A stretch of DNA of 64,000 bases from Bacteroidota bacterium (lineage in GTDB: Bacteria; Bacteroidota; Bacteroidia; Chitinophagales; Chitinophagaceae): positions 894 through 64,893 of the forward strand of contig JAGWVE010000003.1 of assembly GCA_018971025.1 (NCBI GenBank), in the 5' to 3' direction. Made by a program: the position numbers and the translations under genes. Below the pieces are notes generated by a model. That model did not search any database. It was given only the letters and a program-made list of their open reading frames with translations, and was not told where the DNA came from. This document shows positions 18,123 through 27,567 of this stretch, piece after piece (position 1 is the stretch's first letter; each line of letters starts with the position of its first letter).

Positions 18123-18217
18123 TCGTCCACACGGAACGCACCGTTCCACGCAGGTTTTTACTGCGCTATCCACACAATTTACTACTGTTATCCACCAATA
18201 TCAAAACTTATTCCACT
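18123..18217 (+). other. cluster of five co-oriented DnaA-box-like 9-mers (TCCAC core)
   Basis: Compared with TTATCCACA: TCGTCCACA 18123-31; CGTTCCACG 18142-50; CTATCCACA 18166-74 (1 mismatch); TTATCCACC 18188-96 (1 mismatch); TATTCCACT 18209-17. Core spacing is 19, 24, 22 and 21 bp. Confidence 0.45.
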
Positions 18218-18315
18218 TAAAAAACCCATTATTAACAAATCTTGTGCAGAAAGAAGTATTGGGTAATTCTGTGTTTTGTTCTCACGAAAGCGTAGCATTT
18301 ACGGCTATAAAAACT

Positions 18316-18323
18316 TATTTTTG
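18316..18323 (+). promoter_or_regulatory. -7 box TATTTTTG (pheT)
   Basis: 26 nt upstream of the ATG at 18350. Confidence 0.5.
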
Positions 18324-18349
18324 AGGCCCTTAAACACGCAAAAGCAATC

Positions 18350-20779
18350 ATGACCATAAGTTATAACTGGCTATCTGAATACCTGCCTTGGAGCATTGAA
18401 CCCGAAAAATTGTCTAAAATTTTAACGTCTATTGGTTTAGAAGTTGAAAGTTTAACGTTTTATGAAAATGTAAAAGGAGGACTTGCCGGCTTAACTGTTG
18501 GAGAAGTGCTTACTGTCGCGCAGCATCCCAATGCCGATAAATTAAAAATCACCACCGTAAACATCGGTGCCGAAGCTCCATTACAAATTGTTTGTGGCGC
18601 ATCCAATGTTGCCGTAGGACAAAAAGTAATTGTAGCAACTGTTGGTACCACTATTTACCCTAGCACCGGCGATCCTTTAACCATGCGTGTTGCAAAAATT
18701 AGAGGCGAAGAAAGTTTTGGAATGATTTGCGCCGAAGACGAAATAGGACTCGGTACCAGTCATGACGGCATTATGGTTTTAGCAGCAGACACTGTTGTTG
18801 GAACCCCTGCTGCCAAGCTGTTTGAGCCCTATCAAGACTGGGTGTATGAAATTGGTTTAACACCTAACCGAATGGACGCGATGAGTCATTACGGTGTTGC
18901 AAAAGATGTCTGTGCTTATTTAACGCACCACGAAAAAGAAGCAAAACCTGTGGCACCTTTTCCATCGTCATTTGCCCCAGATAAAAATAATAAAACAATC
19001 GCTGTTAGTATCGAAAACGAAGCAGCATGTAAGCGTTATGCGGGTATCGAATTAACGGGCGTAACAGTTGCCGATTCTCCAGCTTGGTTAAAAAATCGAT
19101 TAACCGCGATTGGTGTAAGACCCATCAATAATATCGTAGACGTTACCAATTATATTTTACACGAAACCGGCCAACCACTGCATGCATTTGATGCTGCAGC
19201 AATTACGGGTGGTAAAGTGATTGTAAAAAATGTGGCTGGGGACACTGCTTTTACAACCCTTGATGCCAAAGAAAGAAAACTACAAGATTCAGACTTACTC
19301 ATTTGTAATACCACAGATCCTATGTGTATTGCGGGTGTGTTTGGCGGTGCTGCAAGTGGCGTTCACGCTGGCACGACGTCTATATTTTTAGAGAGTGCTT
19401 GGTTTCATCCAACAACCATTCGTAAAACGTCTTTGCACCATGGTCTTCGTACCGACGCTGCTACTAGATTTGAAAAAGGGGTTGATATTGCTTCCACGGT
19501 TCAGGTTTTAAAAAGAGCCGCACTACTTATTAAAGAAGTAGCTGGAGGTAGCATTAGTTCTGACATTACAGATATCTATCCGACAGTGACACCTAAAACA
19601 GAAGTCGCTGTTAAATATCATTACATCAAAAAATTAAGTGGTAAAAACTACCACCCCGAAGCGGTTAAAAAAATCTTGACTGCACTTGGTTTTGAAGTGA
19701 TTCAGGAAGGTATCGATGAACTCCGTGTTGCAGTGCCTTACAGCAAACCAGACATTAGTATCCCTGCCGATTTAGTAGAAGAAATTTTACGTATTGACGG
19801 ACTTGATAATATTGAAATTCCAACTACCATTACCATTAGTCCTGCAGTAGAAGTAGCCAGTGCTAAAGAGGTCATCAAAGAAAAAACAACACAGTTTTTA
19901 GTAGGTAAAGGCTTTGTAGAAATTTTTACAAACTCCATTACCAACAGTCAATATTTTACACCAGCTGTTTTAGAAACGGCCGTTAAAATGATGAATAATT
20001 TAAGTGCCGATTTAGACGTGCTTCGTCCATCGATGCTTGAAACTGGACTTGAAACCATTGCTTATAATTGCAATCGACGTAACCACAATTTGCGTTTGTT
20101 TGAATTTGGTAAAACCTATGCTACCAGCGGTTCTGGGCAATATTCCGAAAAGGAACATTTGTGTATTTATTTAAGCGGGTTAGACACCGAAGAAGGCTGG
20201 CGTGTGAAATCCAAAGAGCAGGATTTATTAATGGCAAAAGGCATTTTGCAGGCCATTGCTACAATTACTGGTCTGCCTTCTATTAGCTGGTCATTAGACG
20301 ACACTGCTAAGGATACCGCAAGCACTTCTGTTGCCGCAACAGTGGGTGGTATTACAATTGCTATTGTGCAAGAAGTATCGCCAAAAAAACGTCAACAATT
20401 TGATATCAAGCAAGGCGTTGTTTTTGTAGATATAGATGTGGCTGCACTTGTTACGGCTGCCGAAAAACAAAAAATTGTTTACACCGAAGTTTCTAAATTT
20501 CCAGCCGTGCAAAGAGATTTGGCACTTGTGGTGGACCGCGCTGTAACCTATGCTGCTATTGAGCTTGCGGTGGGTACGGTAAAACTTCCTAAGCTAAAAG
20601 GCATCCGTTTGTTTGATGTGTTTGAAAGCGATAAGTTAGGCGTCAACAAAAAGTCGATGGCACTTAGTTTTACATTTGTAGACGAAGAAAAAACCATGAC
20701 CGACACCGAAACGGACAGCATGGTATCAAAATTAATTGGGGCTTTTGAAAAAGAATTAGGTGCTGAAATCAGAAAATAA
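18350..20779 (+). CDS. pheT: phenylalanine--tRNA ligase subunit beta
   Basis: 809 aa. N-terminal tRNA-binding domain (HPNADKLKITTVNIG), B3/4 and B5 regions, C-terminal FDX-ACB domain. Confidence 0.95.
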   Translation: MTISYNWLSEYLPWSIEPEKLSKILTSIGLEVESLTFYENVKGGLAGLTVGEVLTVAQHPNADKLKITTVNIGAEAPLQIVCGASNVAVGQKVIVATVGTTIYPSTGDPLTMRVAKIRGEESFGMICAEDEIGLGTSHDGIMVLAADTVVGTPAAKLFEPYQDWVYEIGLTPNRMDAMSHYGVAKDVCAYLTHHEKEAKPVAPFPSSFAPDKNNKTIAVSIENEAACKRYAGIELTGVTVADSPAWLKNRLTAIGVRPINNIVDVTNYILHETGQPLHAFDAAAITGGKVIVKNVAGDTAFTTLDAKERKLQDSDLLICNTTDPMCIAGVFGGAASGVHAGTTSIFLESAWFHPTTIRKTSLHHGLRTDAATRFEKGVDIASTVQVLKRAALLIKEVAGGSISSDITDIYPTVTPKTEVAVKYHYIKKLSGKNYHPEAVKKILTALGFEVIQEGIDELRVAVPYSKPDISIPADLVEEILRIDGLDNIEIPTTITISPAVEVASAKEVIKEKTTQFLVGKGFVEIFTNSITNSQYFTPAVLETAVKMMNNLSADLDVLRPSMLETGLETIAYNCNRRNHNLRLFEFGKTYATSGSGQYSEKEHLCIYLSGLDTEEGWRVKSKEQDLLMAKGILQAIATITGLPSISWSLDDTAKDTASTSVAATVGGITIAIVQEVSPKKRQQFDIKQGVVFVDIDVAALVTAAEKQKIVYTEVSKFPAVQRDLALVVDRAVTYAAIELAVGTVKLPKLKGIRLFDVFESDKLGVNKKSMALSFTFVDEEKTMTDTETDSMVSKLIGAFEKELGAEIRK

Positions 20780-20805
20780 GCACTTATATTTATACGCATA
20801 TTTAC

Positions 20806-21093
20806 ATGTTTGAATTCGAAACACATATCAAATCTTTGCAAGAAAAGTTGCAATTGCTGATTAAAAGTCAGCAGCAGCTCATGCGTGAAAATCAGCGCCT
20901 AACCGCCGATTTAGAAAAAGCAACGAGTATTGTACACCAAAAAGAGGAGATGCTTCGTAACCTTCAACAACAGCTAGATGGTTTACAGGTAAGTTCTGCA
21001 AGCGGCTATTCGGATCAAGAAAAAGCAGCCCTTGAAAAGCGCATAAATACCTACCTCAAAGAAATTGACCACTGTTTAACGCTTCTTAAATAA
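20806..21093 (+). CDS. small coiled-coil protein upstream of zapA (function unknown)
   Basis: 95 aa, heptad-rich and Q/L/E-rich, ending 5 nt before zapA. No family recognised. Confidence 0.5.
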   Translation: MFEFETHIKSLQEKLQLLIKSQQQLMRENQRLTADLEKATSIVHQKEEMLRNLQQQLDGLQVSSASGYSDQEKAALEKRINTYLKEIDHCLTLLK

Positions 21094-21098
21094 ATAGT

Positions 21099-21386
21099 AT
21101 GTCTGAGCTCATCCCTATCAATATTGTTATTGCAGATCGTAGCTACCGCATCCGTATTGAACCCGCTGAGGAGGAAATGGTGCGCAAATCAGCTAGCCTG
21201 ATCAACGACAAAATTGCCGAATACCGTCAAAATCTGGCCGGAAAAGACATGCAGGACTATGTAGCCATGGTTCTTTTATGGTTTGCAACCGAGCAAAATA
21301 CCAGCACCATCCACGAACTAAAGTGGAAAGAAGCAGCAGAAAAGATAAACTCTCTCGAAAAACTCATTGATAAAGCGCTGATTTAA
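21099..21386 (+). CDS. zapA: cell division protein ZapA
   Basis: 95 aa. INIVIADRSYRIRIEPAEEEMVRKSASLINDKI is the ZapA N-terminal pattern. zapA followed by rny is a common arrangement. Confidence 0.75.
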   Translation: MSELIPINIVIADRSYRIRIEPAEEEMVRKSASLINDKIAEYRQNLAGKDMQDYVAMVLLWFATEQNTSTIHELKWKEAAEKINSLEKLIDKALI

Positions 21387-21477
21387 GTATCTTCGTTCCT
21401 ATCCGTTTACTTATTAAAGTAAACCTTCATGTGTATGCGTGAATGAATGATTGTGAACAACTTAAAAAAAGCTACAA

Positions 21478-23043
21478 ATGGATCAGACGATTGTCTCTAT
21501 TATACTTGCCGCCACCTCACTTGTTGTAGGGGTTGTTGCGGGAAGGGTTTTCTTCGCAAAAAATACCAAAAAACAAATTGAAGAAGCCAACGCACAAGCC
21601 GCTAATATTTTAAAAGAAGCCGAATTAAGAGCTGAAACCGTTAAAAAGGAAAAGCAATTAGAGGCCAAAGAAAGATTTGTGCAACTTAAAGCTGAGCATG
21701 AAAGAGAAGTGCTAGAACGTAACCGCAAAGTGGTAGACGTAGAAAACAGACTTAAGCAAAAAGAAATCAGCATCAATCAAAAAGAAGCTTCTCTAGACAA
21801 GCAAGTCAAAGAAAACGAAGCCATCAAAGAAAATCTAAACAGACAAATTGATGTGGTGAACGCCAAGCGTACAGAGCTTGAAAAACACCAAGAAGAACAT
21901 ATTCGCCGCCTAGAAAAAATTGCCAATTTAAGTGCCGATGATGCGCGTGAGCAACTTATCGAAAGCCTTAAAAATGAAGCACAAACACGTGCTTTATCTA
22001 TGCAACAAGACATCATTGAAGATGCCAAGCAAAAGGCCAATAAAGAAGCGCGTAAAATTGTTATTCAAACCATACAACGTACGGCAGCAGAGCAAACCAT
22101 CGAAAATACCGTTACGGTATTTAACCTTGAAACCGACGAAATCAAAGGCCAAATTATTGGTAGAGAAGGTCGTAACATTCGTGCCATCGAAGCAGCAACG
22201 GGCGTAGATTTAATTGTAGATGACACACCGGAAGCGATCATCCTTTCTTCATTTGATCCACTACGTCGCGAGATTGCTCGTTTGAGTTTACAGCGCCTTG
22301 TTTCTGATGGTCGTATTCACCCAGCACGTATTGAAGAAGTGGTAGAAAAAACACGCAGACAATTAGAAGAACAGGTGATGGAAATTGGAGAGCGTACCGT
22401 AATCGAAATGGGTATCCATGGTCTTCACAAAGAGTTAATACGTATAGTTGGTAAAATGCGCTTTAGATCTTCGTATGGTCAAAACCTACTCATGCACAGT
22501 AGAGAAACTGCAAATTTGTGCGGTATCATGGCATCTGAGTTAGGCATGAACCCTAAACTAGCTAAAAGAGCCGGTCTATTACACGATATAGGTAAGGTTC
22601 CTGACGAAGAAACAGAATTGAGCCACGCATTACTAGGCGCTAAACTCGCAGAAAAATATGGTGAGAATCCAGCGGTTGTAAACGCTATTGGAGCCCACCA
22701 CGATGAAATGGAGATGCAATATGTGATTTCCCCTATTATTCAGGCTTGTGACGCCATTTCTGGCGCTCGCCCGGGTGCACGTAGGGAAATCATGCAACAA
22801 TATTTACAACGTATTAAAGACCTGGAAAACCTAGCTTTAGCGTACCAAGGCGTAGAAAAGGCCTATGCCATCCAGGCGGGTCGTGAACTTCGCGTAATCG
22901 TTGAGGCTGAGAAGGTTACGGATGGCGACAGCGATAAATTGAGCTTCGAAATCGCCCAAAAAATCCAAACCGAGATGACGTATCCAGGGCAAATTAAAGT
23001 AACCGTAATTAGAGAGAAAAGGGCAGTAAACGTAGCTAGGTAA
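21478..23043 (+). CDS. rny: ribonuclease Y
   Basis: N-terminal TM anchor, long coiled coil, KH domain ([12 protein letters not shown]), HD domain (LLHDIGK...GAHH). Confidence 0.95.
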   Translation: MDQTIVSIILAATSLVVGVVAGRVFFAKNTKKQIEEANAQAANILKEAELRAETVKKEKQLEAKERFVQLKAEHEREVLERNRKVVDVENRLKQKEISINQKEASLDKQVKENEAIKENLNRQIDVVNAKRTELEKHQEEHIRRLEKIANLSADDAREQLIESLKNEAQTRALSMQQDIIEDAKQKANKEARKIVIQTIQRTAAEQTIENTVTVFNLETDEIKGQIIGREGRNIRAIEAATGVDLIVDDTPEAIILSSFDPLRREIARLSLQRLVSDGRIHPARIEEVVEKTRRQLEEQVMEIGERTVIEMGIHGLHKELIRIVGKMRFRSSYGQNLLMHSRETANLCGIMASELGMNPKLAKRAGLLHDIGKVPDEETELSHALLGAKLAEKYGENPAVVNAIGAHHDEMEMQYVISPIIQACDAISGARPGARREIMQQYLQRIKDLENLALAYQGVEKAYAIQAGRELRVIVEAEKVTDGDSDKLSFEIAQKIQTEMTYPGQIKVTVIREKRAVNVAR

Positions 23044-23083
23044 AAAAAATTGCAAATCACTTCCGATTTTCGATTTTTACCCC

Positions 23084-23091
23084 TACCTTTG
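23084..23091 (+). promoter_or_regulatory. -7 box TACCTTTG (rplS)
   Basis: 22 nt upstream of the ATG at 23114. Confidence 0.5.
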
Positions 23092-23113
23092 CCGTCCGCA
23101 AAAATTAAAAGAT

Positions 23114-23464
23114 ATGGACGCAGCAGTTCAGTTTGTACACGAACAATTAACCGTAAAAAAGCAATATCCTGCCTTCAAGGCTGGTGATAATGTCACTGTT
23201 AACTATAAAATCGTTGAGGGTGGTAAAGAACGTATTCAAAGTTTCCGTGGAGACGTAATCAAGTTACAAGGAACTGGAGCAACTGCTTCATTCACTGTAC
23301 GTAAGATTTCGGATGGCGTAGGCGTTGAGCGTTTATTTCCTATCTTATCTCCAAACATCGAATCTATCCAATTAAACAAAACTGGTAAGGTTCGTCGTGC
23401 TAAACTATACTACCTACGTGAGCGTAGCGGTAAAAGTGCACGTATTAAAGAAAAACGTTTCTAG
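23114..23464 (+). CDS. rplS: 50S ribosomal protein L19
   Basis: [30 protein letters not shown]...RRAKLYYLR. Confidence 0.95.
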   Translation: MDAAVQFVHEQLTVKKQYPAFKAGDNVTVNYKIVEGGKERIQSFRGDVIKLQGTGATASFTVRKISDGVGVERLFPILSPNIESIQLNKTGKVRRAKLYYLRERSGKSARIKEKRF

Positions 23465-23483
23465 TCAAACAATACCTTTTTAC

Positions 23484-23519
23484 AAACGGAAGTTAGCAAA
23501 CCGCTACTTCCGTTTTTTT
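23484..23519 (+). terminator. intrinsic terminator after rplS
   Basis: Perfect 10-bp stem AAACGGAAGT / ACTTCCGTTT with a 12-nt loop, running into a T7 tract. Confidence 0.85.
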
Positions 23520-23583
23520 ATGCCTTTTATTTGGCCCTTTACATGCTTTTTCCCCTACCTTTATAACCTTAAATCAAATCATT

Positions 23584-23769
23584 ATGGGCAACTTAGGATT
23601 TCAAGAAATATTACTCATCGCAGTAGTTGTACTTGTTTTATTTGGCGGTAGAAAAATACCTGAATTTATGCGTGGCCTTGGTAAAGGTATTCGTGAATTC
23701 AACGATGCAAAAAACAACGTGAAAAAAGAATTAGAAGAAGGTATCAAAGAAAAAGATACACAAGCTTAA
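23584..23769 (+). CDS. tatA: twin-arginine translocase subunit TatA/E
   Basis: 61 aa. [32 protein letters not shown]. Confidence 0.9.
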   Translation: MGNLGFQEILLIAVVVLVLFGGRKIPEFMRGLGKGIREFNDAKNNVKKELEEGIKEKDTQA

Positions 23770-23811
23770 TTTTTATCTCACTATTTTCTGACAAACAAAC
23801 AACTTTAGCCT

Positions 23812-25248
23812 TTGTTTCGGTTCACTACAATCAAAGACTATCATAACAATTTACAGAGCGGCCAAACCACAGTTGTGGAGGCCGTTCGTTTTTTTGTGGA
23901 AGCAGCTAAAGGCGGCGCTTCCTTAAATGCATGGCTTTCTATTTATGAAGATGAAGCATTGGTAGCAGCAAAACAATTAGACGAACATATTAGGGCTGGA
24001 CAACCTTTACTACCATTACATGGCGTAATAGTGGGTTTAAAAGATGTGATTGCTTATAAAAATCATCCTTTGTCTGCAGCTTCAAAAATCCTCGAAAATT
24101 TTCAGTCTATTTTTGACGCCACTGTTGTAGAAAAACTACAAGCAGCAGGCGCCATTATTTTAGGAAGACAAAACTGCGATGAGTTTGCGATGGGAAGCAG
24201 CAACGAAAACTCGGCGTATGGTCCTGTAAAAAATGGCATCGATCCTACGCGTGTACCTGGTGGATCATCAGGTGGATCTGCCGTTGCAGTTCAAATGAAT
24301 CACTGCATGATTAGCCTAGGTTCAGATACAGGCGGTTCAGTTAGACAGCCCGCAGACTTTTGCGGTATTGTTGGACTTAAGCCTTCTTATGGTAGAATTT
24401 CCCGTTACGGACTTATTGCTTACGCATCTTCTTTTGATCAAATTGGCATTTTTGCAAAATCGGTAACCGATGTTGCAGCCGTACTTGAAATTATTGCAGG
24501 ATCAGACGCTTTTGATAGTACCGTTTCGGAACTACCTGTTCCAGCCTATAGCGCTGTTGTGGATGAGCCAACTCCAAAAAAGCGTATTGCATATTTTAAA
24601 GAAGCACTCGAACATCCTAGTTTAGATCCTGCCATCAAAGCAGCTATCGATACAACCATTCAAAGCATGCAAAAAGCGGGTTATACCGTGGATGCAGTGT
24701 CTTTTGATATGTTAGACCTTGTGGTGCCAACGTATTATGTGTTAACCACTGCAGAAGCGTCTAGTAATTTATCTAGGTATGATGGTGTTAAATTTGGGCA
24801 CCGCTCTAGCGCTGAAAATAAAGACCTTACTGCACTCTATAAAAATGCTAGAAGCGAAGGTTTTGGTAAAGAAGTAAAACGCAGAATTATGCTGGGCACT
24901 TTTGTGTTAAGTGCTGGTTATTTTGACGCATATTTTACCAAAGCGCAACAAATCAGAAAACTACTCGTGGATGGCGCGACGCAGTTATTTAAAAATTACG
25001 ACGCTATCATTTTACCTACAGTGCCAAGTCCTGCTTTTTTAATTGGCGATAATGCTAAAGATCCAGTGGCTATGTTTTTGGCGGATATTTATACCGTGTA
25101 TGCTAATCTTGTGGGGTTGCCAGCCATTTCTATTCCTTTATACAAACATCATTCTGGGCTACCGTTTGGACTTCAAGTAATGTGTGCTCCATTTGAAGAA
25201 ACCACGTTGTTGCAACTTTCAACAGCTATTCAAAAATTACATGAATAA
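23812..25248 (+). CDS. gatA: Asp-tRNA(Asn)/Glu-tRNA(Gln) amidotransferase subunit A
   Basis: Amidase signature GGSSGGSAVAV...SLGSDTGGSVRQPA. Only a TTG start (23812) is available, directly after an in-frame TAG. Confidence 0.9.
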   Translation: MFRFTTIKDYHNNLQSGQTTVVEAVRFFVEAAKGGASLNAWLSIYEDEALVAAKQLDEHIRAGQPLLPLHGVIVGLKDVIAYKNHPLSAASKILENFQSIFDATVVEKLQAAGAIILGRQNCDEFAMGSSNENSAYGPVKNGIDPTRVPGGSSGGSAVAVQMNHCMISLGSDTGGSVRQPADFCGIVGLKPSYGRISRYGLIAYASSFDQIGIFAKSVTDVAAVLEIIAGSDAFDSTVSELPVPAYSAVVDEPTPKKRIAYFKEALEHPSLDPAIKAAIDTTIQSMQKAGYTVDAVSFDMLDLVVPTYYVLTTAEASSNLSRYDGVKFGHRSSAENKDLTALYKNARSEGFGKEVKRRIMLGTFVLSAGYFDAYFTKAQQIRKLLVDGATQLFKNYDAIILPTVPSPAFLIGDNAKDPVAMFLADIYTVYANLVGLPAISIPLYKHHSGLPFGLQVMCAPFEETTLLQLSTAIQKLHE

Positions 25249-26242
25249 GTTTTTTCGTTTGTTGTTATTTGTTGGATTGATGTTGGTGCAATATGTGGCA
25301 TCAGCCAATTCTTTATTTTCAGATACACTCATCGACGATAAAAAACCCTTTGCCAATTTATTTTTGTACAATAAAGTTGAATCTAATAAACCATACCAAG
25401 CACAAATCAATCCGCGTGCTATTTCATTTGTGGAGGAGTATATTAGAAAGCAGGGTAAGTCTCTTGAAAAAATGAAAGTATGGGGTAAGCCCTATTTCGA
25501 TTTGTACGATCAAATACTTATCAATTACGGCATCCCTAAAGAAATGAAATACCTCAGTGTTATCGAAAGTCATTTAGGCGCAGGGTTAACATCTTGGGCT
25601 GGCGCTGTAGGCCCTTGGCAGCTCATGCCAGGTGTTGCCAAAGAATATGGCTTGCAAGTGGGAGGCTACTGGGATCAACGCACAGATTATTTCAAAAGCA
25701 CACATGTGGCTGCGCGTATCATGAAAAAATTATACGCCGAATTTGGTGATTGGTTACTAGTAGTGGCTGCCTACAATTGTGGTAATGGGTGTGTACGGTC
25801 TGCAATAAGAAGGGCAAAGAGTAAAGATTTTTGGCAGCTGCAATATTTTTTACCTGAAGAAACCCGCAACCACGTAAAAAAATTTATTGCGACCCATTTA
25901 ATATTTGAGGGTGCTGGTGGTTTTACAACCATGACTGCCGCAGAAGTGGCTCAAGCAAAAACCCAAAATAAAAATACGCCTTTAACGCTATCTGCCACGG
26001 AGCTTGCTAACTCTGCTCTTATAGAAGTATCTGGCAGGTACAACTCACTTGTTGTGGCCAATGAATTACAAATAAATATTCAGCAGTTTAATGCTTGGAA
26101 TCCTGGGTTTGATCAAACACTTGCAGCTGGCGAAAAATATGCCATGCGTATTTCAAAAGATAAGGAAGCCGTTTTTTTAGCTAAAAAAAATCAATTGCTA
26201 TTAGCTTCTGTGCGTGCTATTATTGAAGGGGTTATACAGTAA
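25241..26242 (+). CDS. lytic transglycosylase (SLT domain) with C-terminal LysM-like region
   Basis: Signal peptide MNKFFRLLLFVGLML. SLT motif VIESHL...GAVGPWQLMPGVAKEYG...AAYNCG. The ATG at 25241 overlaps the gatA stop by 8 nt. Confidence 0.8.
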   Translation: MNKFFRLLLFVGLMLVQYVASANSLFSDTLIDDKKPFANLFLYNKVESNKPYQAQINPRAISFVEEYIRKQGKSLEKMKVWGKPYFDLYDQILINYGIPKEMKYLSVIESHLGAGLTSWAGAVGPWQLMPGVAKEYGLQVGGYWDQRTDYFKSTHVAARIMKKLYAEFGDWLLVVAAYNCGNGCVRSAIRRAKSKDFWQLQYFLPEETRNHVKKFIATHLIFEGAGGFTTMTAAEVAQAKTQNKNTPLTLSATELANSALIEVSGRYNSLVVANELQINIQQFNAWNPGFDQTLAAGEKYAMRISKDKEAVFLAKKNQLLLASVRAIIEGVIQ

Positions 26243-27551
26243 TGCTATCGTTACCTGAGAGTACTTTTTTGATGGCAGCTGCTTTAAGTAAACATTCGTC
26301 ATATTCATTTTCCGGATCTGAATAGATCGTAATACCACCGCCTACTTGGTAAGATCCATTACGCGTGTCGCTATTGTAAAATATACTTCTAATCACCACA
26401 TTAAAATCAAAATTTCCTTCCGGATTAAAATATCCTACGGTACCTGAATACAAACCACGCTTGGTAGGTTCCAACTTGTCAATGGTTTCCATAACGCTTT
26501 TTTTAGGGGCGCCCGTCATACTGCCCATCGGAAACGTTGCATCTAATATTTCAGAAAACAAAGTATTGCCACTAAGTGTCCCCGTAATAGTTGAAATCAT
26601 TTGATGAACCTGCGGATAACTATAGATACCAAATAATTCCGTTACTTGTACAGATCCTTGTTCGCAAATTTTACTTAAGTCATTGCGCACAAGATCTACC
26701 ACCATTACGTTTTCACTTTTGTCTTTGCTACTGTTTTGTAGTGCCGCTACTTGTAACCTATCATCCGCCTCATTTTCTAGACTTCGTTTGATGGTTCCCT
26801 TAATGGGTTGCGAAATAAGCTGGCTCCCTTTTTTTTGCAGGTATCTTTCGGGGCTAGCACATAAAAGATAGTCGCTATTGTTTTTGTAAAAGCATGCAAA
26901 TGGGGTAGGCGAAACGGCTGTCAAATGGGTATAAACATTTGCCGGATGCGTGGATATTTGTTTCACTTCAAAAGCTTGGCAATAATTGATTTCATAAAAA
27001 TCGCCCCGTTTAATAAGCTGTAATATTTTTTGGATGTTTTCTAAGTATACCGCTTTGCTGATCAATGGTGTGATGCTTGTTGTTGGCGCAGCGGTATTGT
27101 CCGTGTCCTGCTCCGATGAATAGGGTGCCACAAAACTGCTTATTTGCTCAAACAATATTTGCGGATTTTCATGATCAGATTGAATGGTTAGGGTGTTACC
27201 TGTAAGTTCGATGACAACCGCAGGTGTATACAAATAGGCTAATGGAAAACCCGTAAGATTTTTTTTGTTGTTAGGCTTTGTAATGGTATGGTATTCGTAA
27301 TTGAAATGCGCAAAAATCCACTGGCCTTTATGCGCCTCTATGAATGTATCAACTGCAGCAGCGCTTACGCTATCAAGTGCAATAAAAGAAACGGGGTTAA
27401 CGGCGGCGATGCAATCTAATGCGCCGTAGGGCGATTCGTAAGCATGGTTATCTAAAAAAGTGCAAACCTCAAACTGGTTAGACCAGTGTAAGATTTGCAC
27501 TTTAAATGATTGTGGGTTATCTATTACAAAAACCTGCTTATTTTTTTTCAC
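26232..27551 (-). CDS. pabB: aminodeoxychorismate synthase component I / chorismate-binding enzyme
   Basis: Chorismate-binding C-terminal domain with PMGSMTGAPK and GGGITIYSDPENEYDE. GTG start. The pabB versus trpE-type assignment is not resolved. Confidence 0.75.
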   Translation of the reverse strand: MKKNKQVFVIDNPQSFKVQILHWSNQFEVCTFLDNHAYESPYGALDCIAAVNPVSFIALDSVSAAAVDTFIEAHKGQWIFAHFNYEYHTITKPNNKKNLTGFPLAYLYTPAVVIELTGNTLTIQSDHENPQILFEQISSFVAPYSSEQDTDNTAAPTTSITPLISKAVYLENIQKILQLIKRGDFYEINYCQAFEVKQISTHPANVYTHLTAVSPTPFACFYKNNSDYLLCASPERYLQKKGSQLISQPIKGTIKRSLENEADDRLQVAALQNSSKDKSENVMVVDLVRNDLSKICEQGSVQVTELFGIYSYPQVHQMISTITGTLSGNTLFSEILDATFPMGSMTGAPKKSVMETIDKLEPTKRGLYSGTVGYFNPEGNFDFNVVIRSIFYNSDTRNGSYQVGGGITIYSDPENEYDECLLKAAAIKKVLSGNDSITV

Positions 27552-27567
27552 GTAGGGTTACAGATGA

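Noticed and set aside
18058-18324. An 88-aa ORF filling the dnaB-pheT intergenic region.
   Set aside because: The composition is not protein-like (H/F/T/Q-rich) and I recognise no motif. It overlaps the DnaA-box-like array and the pheT promoter box. I treat the region as non-coding regulatory DNA.
21387-21477. Possible 6S RNA (ssrS) downstream of zapA, by analogy with the enterobacterial zapA-ssrS arrangement.
   Set aside because: The gap is only 91 nt, too short for a ~180-nt 6S RNA. It holds only one small hairpin.
25184-25240. N-terminal extensions in the ORF track, for example at 25184, 59917, 61590, 41560, 29377, 12875, 33584 and 45880.
   Set aside because: These are longest-ORF artefacts using upstream TTG, GTG or ATG codons. 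They overlap the preceding gene, a terminator or a promoter box. A downstream ATG gives the family-typical N-terminus or signal peptide, so I trimmed the starts.
26232-26242. Convergent gene-end overlaps: lytic transglycosylase with pabB (11 nt), and isomerase with anmK at 62557-62573 (17 nt).
   Set aside because: Short convergent 3' overlaps are common in compact genomes and there is nothing else unusual at these sites.
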